DNA of 64,000 nt from Kofleriaceae bacterium. Lineage in GTDB: Bacteria; Myxococcota_A; Polyangia; Haliangiales; Haliangiaceae. A model generated the notes under the pieces. It did not search any database. It was given only the letters and a program-made list of their open reading frames with translations, and was not told where the DNA came from. The position numbers were made by a program, and so were the translations under genes. Shown one piece after another: positions 1 through 10,302 of this stretch. The number at the start of each line of letters is the position of its first letter. Position 1 is the stretch's first letter. The stretch covers positions 32,001 to 96,000 of the forward strand of contig CBDCCZ010000018.1 in NCBI GenBank assembly GCA_965215005.1. The letters run 5' to 3'.

Positions 1-1104
1 CTTCGAGCTACCGCGATTACCGCGAATACGCACGCCAGCGACCGGACGGCCCTGGGCGTCGACCACTCGACCCGCAATGGTGCGCCGCGTTTGAAGGCGA
101 AGCGTCACCGATCGCTCGCTGCCCGGCTGCAAGTCAACAGTCTGCGGAGCAGCCTGGCCGTGGCCGGCGGCTCGCGCTTCCACCACCACGGCGCCAGCAC
201 CGACGTCAGCCAGTGCGAAGTGCCCGCGGTCGTCGGTGCGAGTATCGTACTGCTCGCGAGAGCCGGCCATCAGCGCAGCGAGATGTACCGCCGCGTCCGG
301 CACCGGCCGCCCCTGCGAATCGACAACGGAACCGCGAAGCGTTGCACTGGCCCCCAAAACGATATGGATATCGTGGAGCGTAGCGCCCGGCGCGACCGAC
401 GCGACACTTACTCGCCCGCGATTCCCGCGCTTGGTCGCTTCGAGATAGGCGCCTCCGGGAAGCACGGGAAGCTCAAAACGCCCATCGGCGCCGCTGCTCG
501 TCACGCTCGAGACTTCCCCGCGCTCCACCAGTTGCTGGTCCGAAGGACTCAGCGGCATGTAGGAGATCTCCGCTTCGCTAACGCCGCGACCCCGACCATC
601 CACCACCAGCCCTCGGACGCGCGCGAGCGCACGCACCTTTACGTCGAAACGAACCGGAGCGCCGACCACCGGCACTCGCCACACCCTCAGACCGACCAGG
701 CCGTCACCCACGGCGCGAACGTCATACGTGCCAGGCTGCAAGCGAATTGAGTAACTGCCGTCGCTCCCACTGCTCGCCGTAGTTTCGCCGCCAGCACCAG
801 CAAACAGCACATCGACCTGGGCTACCCCTCCGCCAGAGGCGGCGTCGACCACCTTCCCCGAGACCTCCTGCGGCTCGGCGTCGACGGCCGCCGATGCGGA
901 TGGCCCACGTGGCAATCGTGGCGGCTCGGCTGCGTGCCGCGGCGCCGCCGTCTCGACCTTGGGTGGTCGCGCGCCCCAAGCTGGCTCGAGCACCGGCGCA
1001 TCGCTGGTGCTCGCGGGCGTGCGAGCAGCCGGGACAAACACTAGCCAGAGCAATGCCGCTGCAACCAGTGCCGCAAGGATTACCAACAACCATCTTCGAG
1101 TCAC
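1..1104 (-). CDS. Membrane-anchored protein with tandem carboxypeptidase-regulatory-like (CarboxypepD_reg) beta-sandwich domains; runs off the window start
   Basis: Not in the ORF track. I translated the minus frame by hand: GTG 1104, TRRWLLVILAALVAAALLWLVF (TM), then repeats such as VSGKVVDA..GSYSIRLQPGTYD, TDDRGHFALADV and IAGRVVDAQGRPVAGVRI; no stop codon down to position 1. Confidence 0.8.
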   Translation of the reverse strand, partial: MTRRWLLVILAALVAAALLWLVFVPAARTPASTSDAPVLEPAWGARPPKVETAAPRHAAEPPRLPRGPSASAAVDAEPQEVSGKVVDAASGGGVAQVDVLFAGAGGETTASSGSDGSYSIRLQPGTYDVRAVGDGLVGLRVWRVPVVGAPVRFDVKVRALARVRGLVVDGRGRGVSEAEISYMPLSPSDQQLVERGEVSSVTSSGADGRFELPVLPGGAYLEATKRGNRGRVSVASVAPGATLHDIHIVLGASATLRGSVVDSQGRPVPDAAVHLAALMAGSREQYDTRTDDRGHFALADVGAGAVVVEARAAGHGQAAPQTVDLQPGSERSVTLRLQTRRTIAGRVVDAQGRPVAGVRIRGNRGSSK

Positions 1105-1374
1105 AAATCACCAACGCAAAGCGAGTAGGGAAGATTACGTCAAGTACGAGGAGCTAATGAAGTTGGCGTGGAAGCGATCGCCGTGCGTCCTACCACAGCG
1201 CCGAAGGGATCGACTGACGTACAGTTAACCGAATTGTTCCACAGCCGCAGAATGCTAGCCATGCTTCACCCTCTCGGGCCATACTGGCCGGAGCTCTGTA
1301 CTCGAGCTCTTATATAGCAGCATCTTTTGCGAGCCCTTTACGGCGACTGCTCGCCTGTTTTCAGGACCTAGATT

Positions 1375-2397
1375 ATGCACAACGAAGTATCTCGTGATCC
1401 GATCGCGCGTCTCGGTCGCGCAGCGACAATGCGTGTTCCCGACGCTGCGCCTTCCACTGATCTATTGGCCGGTGCGCGAGAGCTTTTTCGCCATCATGCG
1501 CAGGCGATGGAAGCGCTCCAGAATCGCCTCGACGACACCTTCATCACCGCGGTTCAGCTCATTCTCCACTCCCCCGGACACGTCGTCTTCATCGGCATGG
1601 GCAAGTCGGGCCATATTGCGCAGAAACTCGCCGCGACGTTTGCTTCCACGGGGACGCCGTCGTTCTACATCCACGCCGCGGAGGCTCACCACGGGGACCT
1701 CGGGATGATTACCTCCCGGGACACCGCGATCCTGATCTCCTACAGCGGGGAGACCACCGAGGTCGTGCAGCTGTTGCCCCATCTCCAGAACCGCCGGATT
1801 CCGGTGGTGGCGCTGGTGGGTCGCCTGGCATCGACCCTCGGTCGTGCTGCCGATGCGGCCCTGGACATCTCCGTGGATCGGGAGGCGTGTCCGCATAATC
1901 TGGCTCCCACGACCTCTGCCATCACAACCATGGCCATGGGTCATGCGCTCGCAGTCACACTCATGCGCGAGCGCGACTTTTGCCCCGACGACTTCGCCCG
2001 CTGCCACCCCGGCGGCAGCCTTGGCCGGCGGCTCACTACACAGGTACGCCACGCTATGCGCGTCCACGACTTGCCGATGGTCTCTCCGAGCGACACGGTC
2101 GGGGAGGCGCTCGTCACAATCACGGAGGGCCGGCTCGGCCTGGCGTTGGTAATGAACGGCGAGCGGCTCGTCGGCCTCGTAACCGATGGCGACCTCCGTC
2201 GCGGCATGCAGCGCCATGAGAACCTGCTGGTCATGCCAATTGCCGAGATCATGACCCTTAATCCGGTAACCATCGACGAGAACGTGCTCCTCGACGTGGC
2301 ACACCAACGCATGCAACAGATGAAGCTGAAGGCACTGGTGGCGGTGAACAGCCGTGGTCGGGTGAGCGGCGTCGTCGAAGTTTTCAACGACGAGTAG
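1375..2397 (+). CDS. kpsF: KpsF/GutQ arabinose-5-phosphate isomerase (SIS + 2 CBS)
   Basis: GMGKSGHIAQKLAATFASTGTP, EAHHGDLG, APTTS and HPGGSLG motifs; C-terminal CBS pair; first gene of the kps operon. Confidence 0.95.
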   Translation: MHNEVSRDPIARLGRAATMRVPDAAPSTDLLAGARELFRHHAQAMEALQNRLDDTFITAVQLILHSPGHVVFIGMGKSGHIAQKLAATFASTGTPSFYIHAAEAHHGDLGMITSRDTAILISYSGETTEVVQLLPHLQNRRIPVVALVGRLASTLGRAADAALDISVDREACPHNLAPTTSAITTMAMGHALAVTLMRERDFCPDDFARCHPGGSLGRRLTTQVRHAMRVHDLPMVSPSDTVGEALVTITEGRLGLALVMNGERLVGLVTDGDLRRGMQRHENLLVMPIAEIMTLNPVTIDENVLLDVAHQRMQQMKLKALVAVNSRGRVSGVVEVFNDE

Positions 2398-2413
2398 CGC
2401 GGCGGAAACAGCG

Positions 2414-3193
2414 ATGTCTTGGTCGCGCGGTTTGTTTGGTCAGCTCGAGGTGGTTTACGCGCTTGCTCTGCGCGAGACGCGGACCCGCTTCGGAGCGCAC
2501 CAGATGGGCTACCTGTGGGCACTCCTCGAGCCCACGATCATGATCGCGACCTTCGTAGCCGTCTTCGGTGTCGCTCATCGGAAAGCCCCGCCGGGCATGG
2601 ATCTCGTCGGGTTCATCGCCACCGGCATCATCACCTATACGTTGTTCGCCAACGCAACGAATCGAGTTGCCGAAGCCATCAACGGCAACAAGGCGCTGCT
2701 TTTTTACCCGCACGTTCAACCAATCGATCTGGTGCTAGCCCGGGGTCTGCTCGAGTTCGCGACCTACACCGCAGTTTTCGTGTTGTTCCTGGGCGGTCAG
2801 GCCCTGTTTCGCGAAACGCTGGACATCCACGATGGCTTGCTCGTCCTGCAAGGCCTGGCGTTGGCGGCGCTGCTCGGATCGGCGCTGGGGCTGATCTTCT
2901 GCGGGCTGAGCCAGTTTTCGAACGTCGCCGATCGCGCTCGTGGGCCCCTTTTGCGCCCCCTATTCTGGTGCTCGGGCATCTTCTTCTCGGCGAGCCAACT
3001 GCCGGACCGCGCGCGTGATCTGTCTCTCTACAATCCGGTCCTGCACATCATAGAAATGGTGCGGGCGGGGTGGTATGCGACGTATCCGGATGAGTACGTC
3101 GACACGTCGTACGTGCTTGCGTGGGTGCTGGGGCTCAGCCTTGCGGGTCTGATCCTCGAGCGACTCGTCCGGCGCAGGATTGAAGTCACATGA
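2414..3193 (+). CDS. kpsM: Capsular polysaccharide ABC transporter permease
   Basis: RETRTRFG..GYLWALLEP, several TM segments, YNPVLHIIE; ATGA overlap with kpsT. Confidence 0.92.
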   Translation: MSWSRGLFGQLEVVYALALRETRTRFGAHQMGYLWALLEPTIMIATFVAVFGVAHRKAPPGMDLVGFIATGIITYTLFANATNRVAEAINGNKALLFYPHVQPIDLVLARGLLEFATYTAVFVLFLGGQALFRETLDIHDGLLVLQGLALAALLGSALGLIFCGLSQFSNVADRARGPLLRPLFWCSGIFFSASQLPDRARDLSLYNPVLHIIEMVRAGWYATYPDEYVDTSYVLAWVLGLSLAGLILERLVRRRIEVT

Positions 3194-3852
3194 TCGAGCT
3201 TCGCAACATCACCAAGACCTATCGAACCATCGCTGGTCCCAACGTGGTGCTAGACGATATTTCGGTGGAGATACCACGCGGTGTAAGCGTGGGCGTCTTC
3301 GGCCGCAATGGTGCTGGCAAATCGACCCTGCTTCGGATCATTGGCGGTGCGGAGATGCCAGACTGCGGCGAGGTGCTCCGCGGCGGTAAGATCTCCTGGC
3401 CCCTGGGATTCTCCGGCGGCTTCAGCCCTTCACTCACCGGGGAGGAGAACTGCCGCTTCGTGGCTCGCATCTATGGCCAGGATGTGGACCGGGTCGTTGA
3501 CGAGGCAAGCGACTTCGCCGAGATTGGCGACTACTTCTATATGCCCGTGCGCACGTATTCGTCCGGCATGCGTGCTCGCCTCGCCTTCGGCTTGAGTATG
3601 ACGATAGATTTCGATGTCTATCTGGTCGACGAGGTCACGGCGGTGGGTGATAAATCGTTTCAGTCCAAGTGCCGGGATGCCTTCGTAGATCGCAGCGGCC
3701 GCGCTAGCCTCATCATGGTGTCGCACAACACCAAAACCTTGCAAGAGTACTGCGATATCGGAGCGGTTCTCCGCCAGGGCCAGCTGCAGCTATTCGACAC
3801 CGTAGACGAAGCCGCCCAAGAATACGAGCGCGGGATCGGCAAGGCGGCGTGA
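3190..3852 (+). CDS. kpsT: Capsular polysaccharide ABC transporter ATPase
   Basis: Walker A GRNGAGKST, signature YSSGMRARLAF, Walker B YLVDEV, ISWPLG. Confidence 0.95.
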   Translation: MIELRNITKTYRTIAGPNVVLDDISVEIPRGVSVGVFGRNGAGKSTLLRIIGGAEMPDCGEVLRGGKISWPLGFSGGFSPSLTGEENCRFVARIYGQDVDRVVDEASDFAEIGDYFYMPVRTYSSGMRARLAFGLSMTIDFDVYLVDEVTAVGDKSFQSKCRDAFVDRSGRASLIMVSHNTKTLQEYCDIGAVLRQGQLQLFDTVDEAAQEYERGIGKAA

Positions 3853-4754
3853 GTGAATCGACCGGCAAGACCGTGGGGGCTGGCAGTCGCGCCCGATCCC
3901 TCCGCCAGGCGCGTGCCAAGCGCATAGCGCGCCGCTTCGCGATCGTCGTCGGGCTGCCAACGCTGCTCGCCGTCATCTTTTACTGTTTCCTCGTCCAGGA
4001 ACGATATCGTTCCATCGTCCTCTTCCGCGTGGTGGATGCCGATGTACCGCTAGAGGACAAAGCGCCGCCAGAGATCAACCACTACCAAATTCTACGCGAG
4101 CTCATCCACTCGGAGACCATGGTGGAGCAGCTGCGGGCAGATGAGCTGCTAGAGCATTTCACCCAAGCTGGTGACTGGTTCTCTCGGCTCACACCCAACG
4201 CCGGCGTCGACGAGACCGCCGCGTACTACCGGGACAAAGTCGCAGTAGTACCTCCTTCTGCCGCTGGCTCAATCCGTCTCGAGGTGATCTCGTTCTCACC
4301 CAAAGCCGCTCAGACGCTCGCAGCGCACATCATCGGCCACGCCGAGGCGCTGTGGGCGGAGCGTGTACGCGGCGATCTTACACGCCGCATGGCTTCCGCT
4401 GAGTCGCTGGTCGCAGCGGCCAAACGGCGGGCGGCTGCAGCCCGCCAGGCGCTGCGGTCCCTACAGGAGGCTGGTGCCGAGCCGACCTCCGATGCATTTG
4501 GTGAGGCTCAGGTCGAGTACAAGGTTGCCCAAGAAGCGTATCAAACCGCCAAGCTCGCTGCCGCAGCGGCTCGCCTCGCGCATGACGCCCAGACGGTCAA
4601 AGAGCTGGAGATCCTCGGTGGGCCGACGCTGCCATCGTCGCATTTCTATCCCCGACGCATCTGGGGCATTCTGCGGGTGTTCTTCGTCGCCGCCGCGCTC
4701 ATGACGGTGGTGGGACTCCTTGCAGGCGCTGTGCGCGAGCACGCAAAGTTCTAG
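3849..4754 (+). CDS. kpsE: Capsule export inner-membrane adaptor (KpsE/PCP-3 family), short
   Basis: N-terminal TM ([12 protein letters not shown]), periplasmic coiled coil, PTLP..YPRR followed by a C-terminal TM; lies after kpsMT. Confidence 0.8.
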   Translation: MSESTGKTVGAGSRARSLRQARAKRIARRFAIVVGLPTLLAVIFYCFLVQERYRSIVLFRVVDADVPLEDKAPPEINHYQILRELIHSETMVEQLRADELLEHFTQAGDWFSRLTPNAGVDETAAYYRDKVAVVPPSAAGSIRLEVISFSPKAAQTLAAHIIGHAEALWAERVRGDLTRRMASAESLVAAAKRRAAAARQALRSLQEAGAEPTSDAFGEAQVEYKVAQEAYQTAKLAAAAARLAHDAQTVKELEILGGPTLPSSHFYPRRIWGILRVFFVAAALMTVVGLLAGAVREHAKF

Positions 4755-4756
4755 TC

Positions 4757-5590
4757 ATGAAACTGGCAGGTCGTGACATAGGGAATCATGAGCCTCTGTT
4801 TTTGATCGCGGGGCCATGCGTGATCGAGAGCGAGGAGCTCGTTCTTCGCGTTGCCGAAACGCTCGCCGAGCTTACCAACCGACTCGGCGTGCTCTATGTC
4901 TTCAAGGCAAGCTTCGACAAAGCCAACCGCACATCGGCACAGGCGCTGCGCGGGCCAGGCCTCGCCGAGGGTTTGCGTATTCTCGATAAGGTTCGCCGCG
5001 AGCTCGAGGTCCCGGTACTCACCGACGTGCACGAGTACACGCCAATCGACGAGGTCGCCGATGTCGTGGACGTCTTGCAAACGCCGGCCTTCCTGTGCCG
5101 CCAGACCGACTTTCTGCAGCGCGTCGCCCGAGCCGGCAAACCAGTGAACATCAAGAAGGGCCAGTTCCTCGCCCCGTGGGACATGGAGCACGTCGTCGGT
5201 AAGTGCCGCGCAGTCGGCAACGAAGAGATCATGATTTGCGAGCGCGGCTCCTCGTTCGGCTACAATGCGCTGGTATCTGACATGCGCGGACTCGCGGTCA
5301 TGCGCCACTTCGGCTGCCCGGTCGTGTTCGATGCCACTCACTCGGTTCAGCAACCGGGCGGGCTGGGCGGAGCCTCCGGCGGTCAGCGGCAGATGGTGCC
5401 AGTGTTGGCGAGGGCGGCGGTAGCGGCGGGCGTGGCGGGAGTGTTCATGGAAACCCACCCAGACCCCGACCGCGCATGGAGTGACGGTCCAAACCAGTGG
5501 CCTCTCCATCGCATGGAAGAGCTACTCGAGGTGCTGGTACGGATCGACAGACTGGTGAAGAGCCAGCCGTTTTGTGAGGACGACGCGTAA
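4757..5590 (+). CDS. kdsA: KDO 8-phosphate synthase
   Basis: [48 protein letters not shown]. Confidence 0.97.
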   Translation: MKLAGRDIGNHEPLFLIAGPCVIESEELVLRVAETLAELTNRLGVLYVFKASFDKANRTSAQALRGPGLAEGLRILDKVRRELEVPVLTDVHEYTPIDEVADVVDVLQTPAFLCRQTDFLQRVARAGKPVNIKKGQFLAPWDMEHVVGKCRAVGNEEIMICERGSSFGYNALVSDMRGLAVMRHFGCPVVFDATHSVQQPGGLGGASGGQRQMVPVLARAAVAAGVAGVFMETHPDPDRAWSDGPNQWPLHRMEELLEVLVRIDRLVKSQPFCEDDA

Positions 5591-6882
5591 TGCGCGCGTC
5601 AGCGCCGGCGAATGTCGGGGCGCGGCTAGCATTGGTGCGATTGTTGGTGCTCGACGTCGACGGCGTGCTCACCGACGGCACGTTGTATTACGGCCCTGAA
5701 GGGGAAGTGCTCAAGCCGTTCCACGTCCGCGATGGGCTGGGTATCCACCGGCTGATCGAGGCCGGGATCGAGGTCGCCGTGATCACCGGGCGCGGCAATG
5801 CCGCCCTTGCACGCCGCCTCGCCGACCTAGGGATCGAGCACGTCGTAACCCGCTGCCAGGATAAGTGGGCGGGATTAGAGCCAATCCTTGAGCGCCTGGC
5901 AATCCCTCCAGACGCCATGGCGGTGGTGGGAGATGACATCGTCGATCTGCCGATGATGGACCGTGCCGGTCTTAGCATCGCCGTTGCCGACGCCCATCTT
6001 GAGGTCCGCCGTCGCGCGGACTGGACCACGGCTGTGGCTGGCGGACGCGGAGCGGTTCGCGAGATCGCCGACGCGCTACTGATGGCAAGGCAGGCGGAGG
6101 CGCCGCGCTTTCGCGTCGTCATCCCGGCTCGATTTGGCTCTACGCGCCTGCCCGGCAAGCCGCTCCTGCCAATTGCCGGCCGACCGATGATCGCGCACGT
6201 CTGGGACCGCGCGACCGAATCGGGTGCCACCGAGGTGGTGGTAGCCACCGACGATCAACGCATTCTCGACGCCGTCCATGCCTTCGGCGGGCGTGCGGTT
6301 CTCACCTCCTCGGATCATCCGTCGGGAACCGATCGTCTAGCCGAGGTGGCGCAGCGCGAAGGCTGGTCGGCGGAGGAAATCGTGGTCAACCTGCAGGGGG
6401 ATGAGCCGGGGATGCTACCGCCGCTCGTCCGCGAGCTGGCTATCGCATTGATGGGTCATCCAAGCGCCGGTATCGCGACGGCGGCGACCGCGATAGGCAG
6501 CACCATAGAGCTGTTCGACCCGGCCATCGTCAAGGTCGTTCTCGATGACCGCGGTATGGCGAGTTACTTCAGCCGCGCGCCGATTCCGTGGGTGCGGGGC
6601 ACGACGGAGCTCGGCCCCAACGGCATGAAGACCTTGCCACAGCACATCCCCTTCCTGCGGCACCTGGGCATCTACGCCTATCGCGTTGGGATGCTGCAGC
6701 GAATCACCAAGGCGCCGCCGTCGCTGCTCGAGCGCTGTGAGAGTCTCGAGCAGCTACGGGCCCTGGCGCTGGGAATCGGCATCCACGTCACCATCACCTC
6801 CGAGACGCCGCCTCACGGTGTCGACACGCAGAGCGATCTTGAACGGGCTGCGCGCGAGCTCGGCGGCAAAGGCTCTCGGTGA
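5590..6882 (+). CDS. kdsB: Fused KDO-8-P phosphatase (KdsC, HAD) + CMP-KDO synthetase (KdsB/KpsU)
   Basis: N-terminal [16 protein letters not shown] and GGRGAVRE; then [44 protein letters not shown] and ESLEQLRAL, all in one frame. Confidence 0.9.
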   Translation: MRASAPANVGARLALVRLLVLDVDGVLTDGTLYYGPEGEVLKPFHVRDGLGIHRLIEAGIEVAVITGRGNAALARRLADLGIEHVVTRCQDKWAGLEPILERLAIPPDAMAVVGDDIVDLPMMDRAGLSIAVADAHLEVRRRADWTTAVAGGRGAVREIADALLMARQAEAPRFRVVIPARFGSTRLPGKPLLPIAGRPMIAHVWDRATESGATEVVVATDDQRILDAVHAFGGRAVLTSSDHPSGTDRLAEVAQREGWSAEEIVVNLQGDEPGMLPPLVRELAIALMGHPSAGIATAATAIGSTIELFDPAIVKVVLDDRGMASYFSRAPIPWVRGTTELGPNGMKTLPQHIPFLRHLGIYAYRVGMLQRITKAPPSLLERCESLEQLRALALGIGIHVTITSETPPHGVDTQSDLERAARELGGKGSR

Positions 6883-8978
6883 GCACGGCCAGCGTTGCGA
6901 CAGTATCTGGCCAACCGCCGAGATGGCGCAAAGTTGGAATCTTCTCCCCCGAGCTCGCCGCGCAACCGGATGCAGCGATGCTGATCGGCGCCGACACGTT
7001 GATCATGCGGCCCGATCGCCGGGGCATCCGCTCGCTCGACGCGATTATCGGCCGCGGTGAGGACGTTGCCGCGACGGCGTTCGCCAACCGCCACGGTCTG
7101 CCTTACTGGCGGCTGGAGTACGGATTCTTGCGCTGTCTCGGGGCCGCGGCCGGTCATCAAGCACCGCTTTCGGTCGTGCTCGATGATCGCGGAATCTACT
7201 TCGATAGCCGCTCGTCATCGCGTCTCGAGGCGCTGCTAGCCGGTGCCGACGGTTTTGCTCCACTCGGCGATCCAACGCTACTTGACCGCGCGCGCTCCGC
7301 CATGACGCGCATCGTCGACTGCGGCCTCACCCGCACCAACGATCATCCCGTCCGTCCACTTCCAGGCTGGCTGCGGTCCGGGCGGAAGCGCGTGCTGGTC
7401 ATCGATCAGCCCCGCAATGCCGATTCGGTGCGGCTCGGACGCGCTTCCGCGCGCAGCTTCGAGATCATGCTCGCCGCTGCCAGAGCCGAGCATCCCGGGG
7501 CCGAGATCCTCATCAAGACTCATCCACGCACCTCCGGCCGCCTTCGCGGTCATCTCGACAGAATCCGCGACGAACGCACGCGCATTGTGTCTGATGGAGT
7601 GAATCCCATCGAGTTGGTTCGAGCTGTCGCGGCCGTCTATGCGGTGACCTCGCAGCTCGGCTTCGAAGCGTTGCTCGCCGGCAAGCCGGTGTCTTGCTTC
7701 GGGGCGCCATTCTATGCTGGATGGGGCCTAACCGATGACCGGGTTCAGGTTCCCCGACGCACGCGCCGCCGCAGTCTAGAGGAAGTGTTCGCGGCCGCCT
7801 ATTTACTCTACGCCCGCTATGTCGATCCGAACACCGGTGGCGAGGGTACCCTCGAGCAGGTCATCGATCATCTCGCGCTGCAGCGTGAGCAGTTCGCGCG
7901 CAATCAGGGGCGGATCTTCTGCTTCGGGTTCAACCATTGGAAGCACAACTTCGTACGCGCGTACCTGCGCGCACCCGACAACCAGGTCACGTTCTTTCGC
8001 GACGCCAGCGTCATCGAGAAGCGCGGCTTTGATGCGCGCGCACGCCTCGTAGTCTGGGGCCAGAAAGCCACGCAGGAGTTGCGAGAGATCGCGATCCGTC
8101 ACAACGTGCCGATCTGGCAGATGGAGGATGGCTTCTTGCGTTCTGTCGGTCTTGGCTCAAACCTCGAGGCACCCGCGTCGCTAGTGGTGGATCGCCTGGG
8201 CGTTTACTACGATCCAACGCGGCCGAGCGAGCTCGAGCAGATTCTGCAGCATGGGAACTTCATGCCCGACGAGCTCGACCGGGCCCGCTGCCTCCGCGAT
8301 GCGATCGTGAGGGCGCGGCTCAGCAAGTACAACGTGGGCCGGCAGCTGCCGATCGAGGTGCCGCCGGGACGACGCATCGTCCTCGTTCCGGGACAGGTCG
8401 AAGACGACGCATCCATACAGCTCGGCTGCCGTGACATTCGCACCAACGAGGCCCTGTTGCGCGAGGCTAGACGCCAGCGCCCCGACGCGTTCATCATCTT
8501 CAAGCCACACCCTGACGTAGTAAGCGGCAATCGCACCGGCATGATCGCCCCAGCCCGAGCTCGCGCCCTCGCCGATCACGTCGAGGAAGGCGCGTCGCTA
8601 CCGGACTGCCTAGCAGTCGCCGATGAGGTCCACACCTTGACCTCATTGGTCGGCTTTGAGGCACTGCTGCGCGACAAGATGGTCGTGGTCTATGGCCAGC
8701 CGTTCTATGCCGGCTGGGGCTTGACCGAAGATCGGCATCCGGTGACTCGCCGAACCCGCCGACTCGAGCTCGATGAGCTAGTGACCGGGACGTTGATACG
8801 GTATCCGCGCTACATCAACTTACGAACCGGCCGCTTCACCACCCCCGAAGCCGTGATCGCCCACCTTCAGCACGAGCGCGACAGCAACCCCGCGGCGCAG
8901 GCGGTCCGCATTTGGGGGCCACGACGACAGCTGCGGCGGCTCGTGCAGGCGCTGCGAGGCATGCTTCATGCTCCTTGA
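6879..8978 (+). CDS. kpsC: Beta-Kdo transferase KpsC (two modules)
   Basis: Duplicated module with [28 protein letters not shown] and PFYAGWGLT twice; MEDGFLRS and GQVEDDAS in the C-terminal module. Confidence 0.93.
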   Translation: MSTASVATVSGQPPRWRKVGIFSPELAAQPDAAMLIGADTLIMRPDRRGIRSLDAIIGRGEDVAATAFANRHGLPYWRLEYGFLRCLGAAAGHQAPLSVVLDDRGIYFDSRSSSRLEALLAGADGFAPLGDPTLLDRARSAMTRIVDCGLTRTNDHPVRPLPGWLRSGRKRVLVIDQPRNADSVRLGRASARSFEIMLAAARAEHPGAEILIKTHPRTSGRLRGHLDRIRDERTRIVSDGVNPIELVRAVAAVYAVTSQLGFEALLAGKPVSCFGAPFYAGWGLTDDRVQVPRRTRRRSLEEVFAAAYLLYARYVDPNTGGEGTLEQVIDHLALQREQFARNQGRIFCFGFNHWKHNFVRAYLRAPDNQVTFFRDASVIEKRGFDARARLVVWGQKATQELREIAIRHNVPIWQMEDGFLRSVGLGSNLEAPASLVVDRLGVYYDPTRPSELEQILQHGNFMPDELDRARCLRDAIVRARLSKYNVGRQLPIEVPPGRRIVLVPGQVEDDASIQLGCRDIRTNEALLREARRQRPDAFIIFKPHPDVVSGNRTGMIAPARARALADHVEEGASLPDCLAVADEVHTLTSLVGFEALLRDKMVVVYGQPFYAGWGLTEDRHPVTRRTRRLELDELVTGTLIRYPRYINLRTGRFTTPEAVIAHLQHERDSNPAAQAVRIWGPRRQLRRLVQALRGMLHAP

Positions 8979-10251
8979 CTTCGACTCCACGCACGCGCTG
9001 CTGCTGCAGGGACCGAACGGGCCTTTCTTTCATCGATTCGCCAAGGAGCTCGAGCAGCGCGGTATGGCGGTTACCAAGGTGAACTTCAACGCCGCCGATG
9101 CTCTGTTCTTCCGCGGCCGCAATGCAATCTCGTATCGCGAACCGATGGAGCAGTGGCCGAGTTTCCTTCGCAATCTCCTGCGACGGAGCAGCATCGATAT
9201 CATCTTCTTATTCGGCGACTGTCGGCCGCTGCACCGACAGGCCACCGCCGTTGCAGCGGAGCTCGGCGTCCCGGTGTGGATGTTCGAAGAGGGATACCTG
9301 CGGCCCCACTGGATCACGCTCGAGCAGGGTGGCGTCAACGGCAACTCACGGATGCCGAAAGATCCGGAATACTACCGCCACGAAGCGCCGACTGGTGCGC
9401 TACCTGCGGTCGTGCCGGTGGGGCATACGTTTGGCTATGCGGCGCTGTGGACGATTCTGACTGCCATGGCCATCACGCTGCTCGGATGGCGCTATCCACA
9501 CTATCGGCACCACCGCGACTTCAATCTCTTCCGCCAGACTTGGCTCTGGGGACGAGGCTTTCTCCGCAAGTCATGGTATCGGCACAAGGAGCGCGACTTC
9601 ACCGCTCACCTGCGGGTGAGCCGCGCCCAGAACTACTTCTTCGTGCCCCTGCAAGTTCACTGCGATGCGCAGCTGGACCATTCTCCGTATGCGGACGTGG
9701 AAGAGTTTATCGTCGACGTGGTGACCTCGTTTGCACAGCACGCGCCGGCCGACGCGCATCTCATCCTCAAACACCATCCGATGGACTTGGCCTACCGTGA
9801 TTATGGGCCGCTCCTTTGTAGGCTCGGCAGCCAATACGATTGCGCGGAGCGTCTTCTCTACGTTCACGACGTGCACCTGCCAACACTGCTGCGTTACGCG
9901 CGCGGCACCATCACGATGAACAGCACCGTTGGGTTGTCTTCTCTCCAAGAGGGAACGCCGGTAAAGGTGATGGGCGCGGCGATTTACGATCTGCCTAAAC
10001 TCGTCTGCCAGCGCCCTCTGGCCGAGTTCTTCACCAGGCCCGGTACGGTCGACAAGCAGCTGTGTGATGCGTTCTGCAGGTGGCTTCGAGCGAGCAACCA
10101 GATCAATGGCAGCTTCTATAAGCGCCTAGAGGGCGCGACCACCGCGTCCGGTCTTAACCCAACGACGCCGGGCCGCTCTAGCAGCGCGAGCAACGGTCAT
10201 AAGGGTGGCACGAGCCTCCCGCGGTGGCGTCGCAAACCCTCCTCCACTTGA
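8968..10251 (+). CDS. kpsS: Beta-Kdo transferase KpsS
   Basis: LLLQGPNGPFF, FEEGYLRP, GVNGNS, PLQVHCD, KHHPMD, NSTVGLS, QINGSFY. Confidence 0.93.
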   Translation: MLLDFDSTHALLLQGPNGPFFHRFAKELEQRGMAVTKVNFNAADALFFRGRNAISYREPMEQWPSFLRNLLRRSSIDIIFLFGDCRPLHRQATAVAAELGVPVWMFEEGYLRPHWITLEQGGVNGNSRMPKDPEYYRHEAPTGALPAVVPVGHTFGYAALWTILTAMAITLLGWRYPHYRHHRDFNLFRQTWLWGRGFLRKSWYRHKERDFTAHLRVSRAQNYFFVPLQVHCDAQLDHSPYADVEEFIVDVVTSFAQHAPADAHLILKHHPMDLAYRDYGPLLCRLGSQYDCAERLLYVHDVHLPTLLRYARGTITMNSTVGLSSLQEGTPVKVMGAAIYDLPKLVCQRPLAEFFTRPGTVDKQLCDAFCRWLRASNQINGSFYKRLEGATTASGLNPTTPGRSSSASNGHKGGTSLPRWRRKPSST

Positions 10252-10302
10252 TTGGGACGCCTCGCCGACGAGTCAACCCGGTTAGAAAGGAGCGCTGGTG
10301 GC

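Noticed and set aside
91..750. Plus-strand ORF 91..750 and other long shadow ORFs (e.g. 20021..21634, 24274..25803, 35777..36928)
   Set aside because: These are antisense or alternate-frame shadows of real genes in high-GC DNA, with no recognisable motifs.
1105..1374. JUMPStart/ops element upstream of the kps operon
   Set aside because: No GGCGGTAG ops motif was found; two nearby GAGCTC palindromes are uninformative because that hexamer is abundant across the window.
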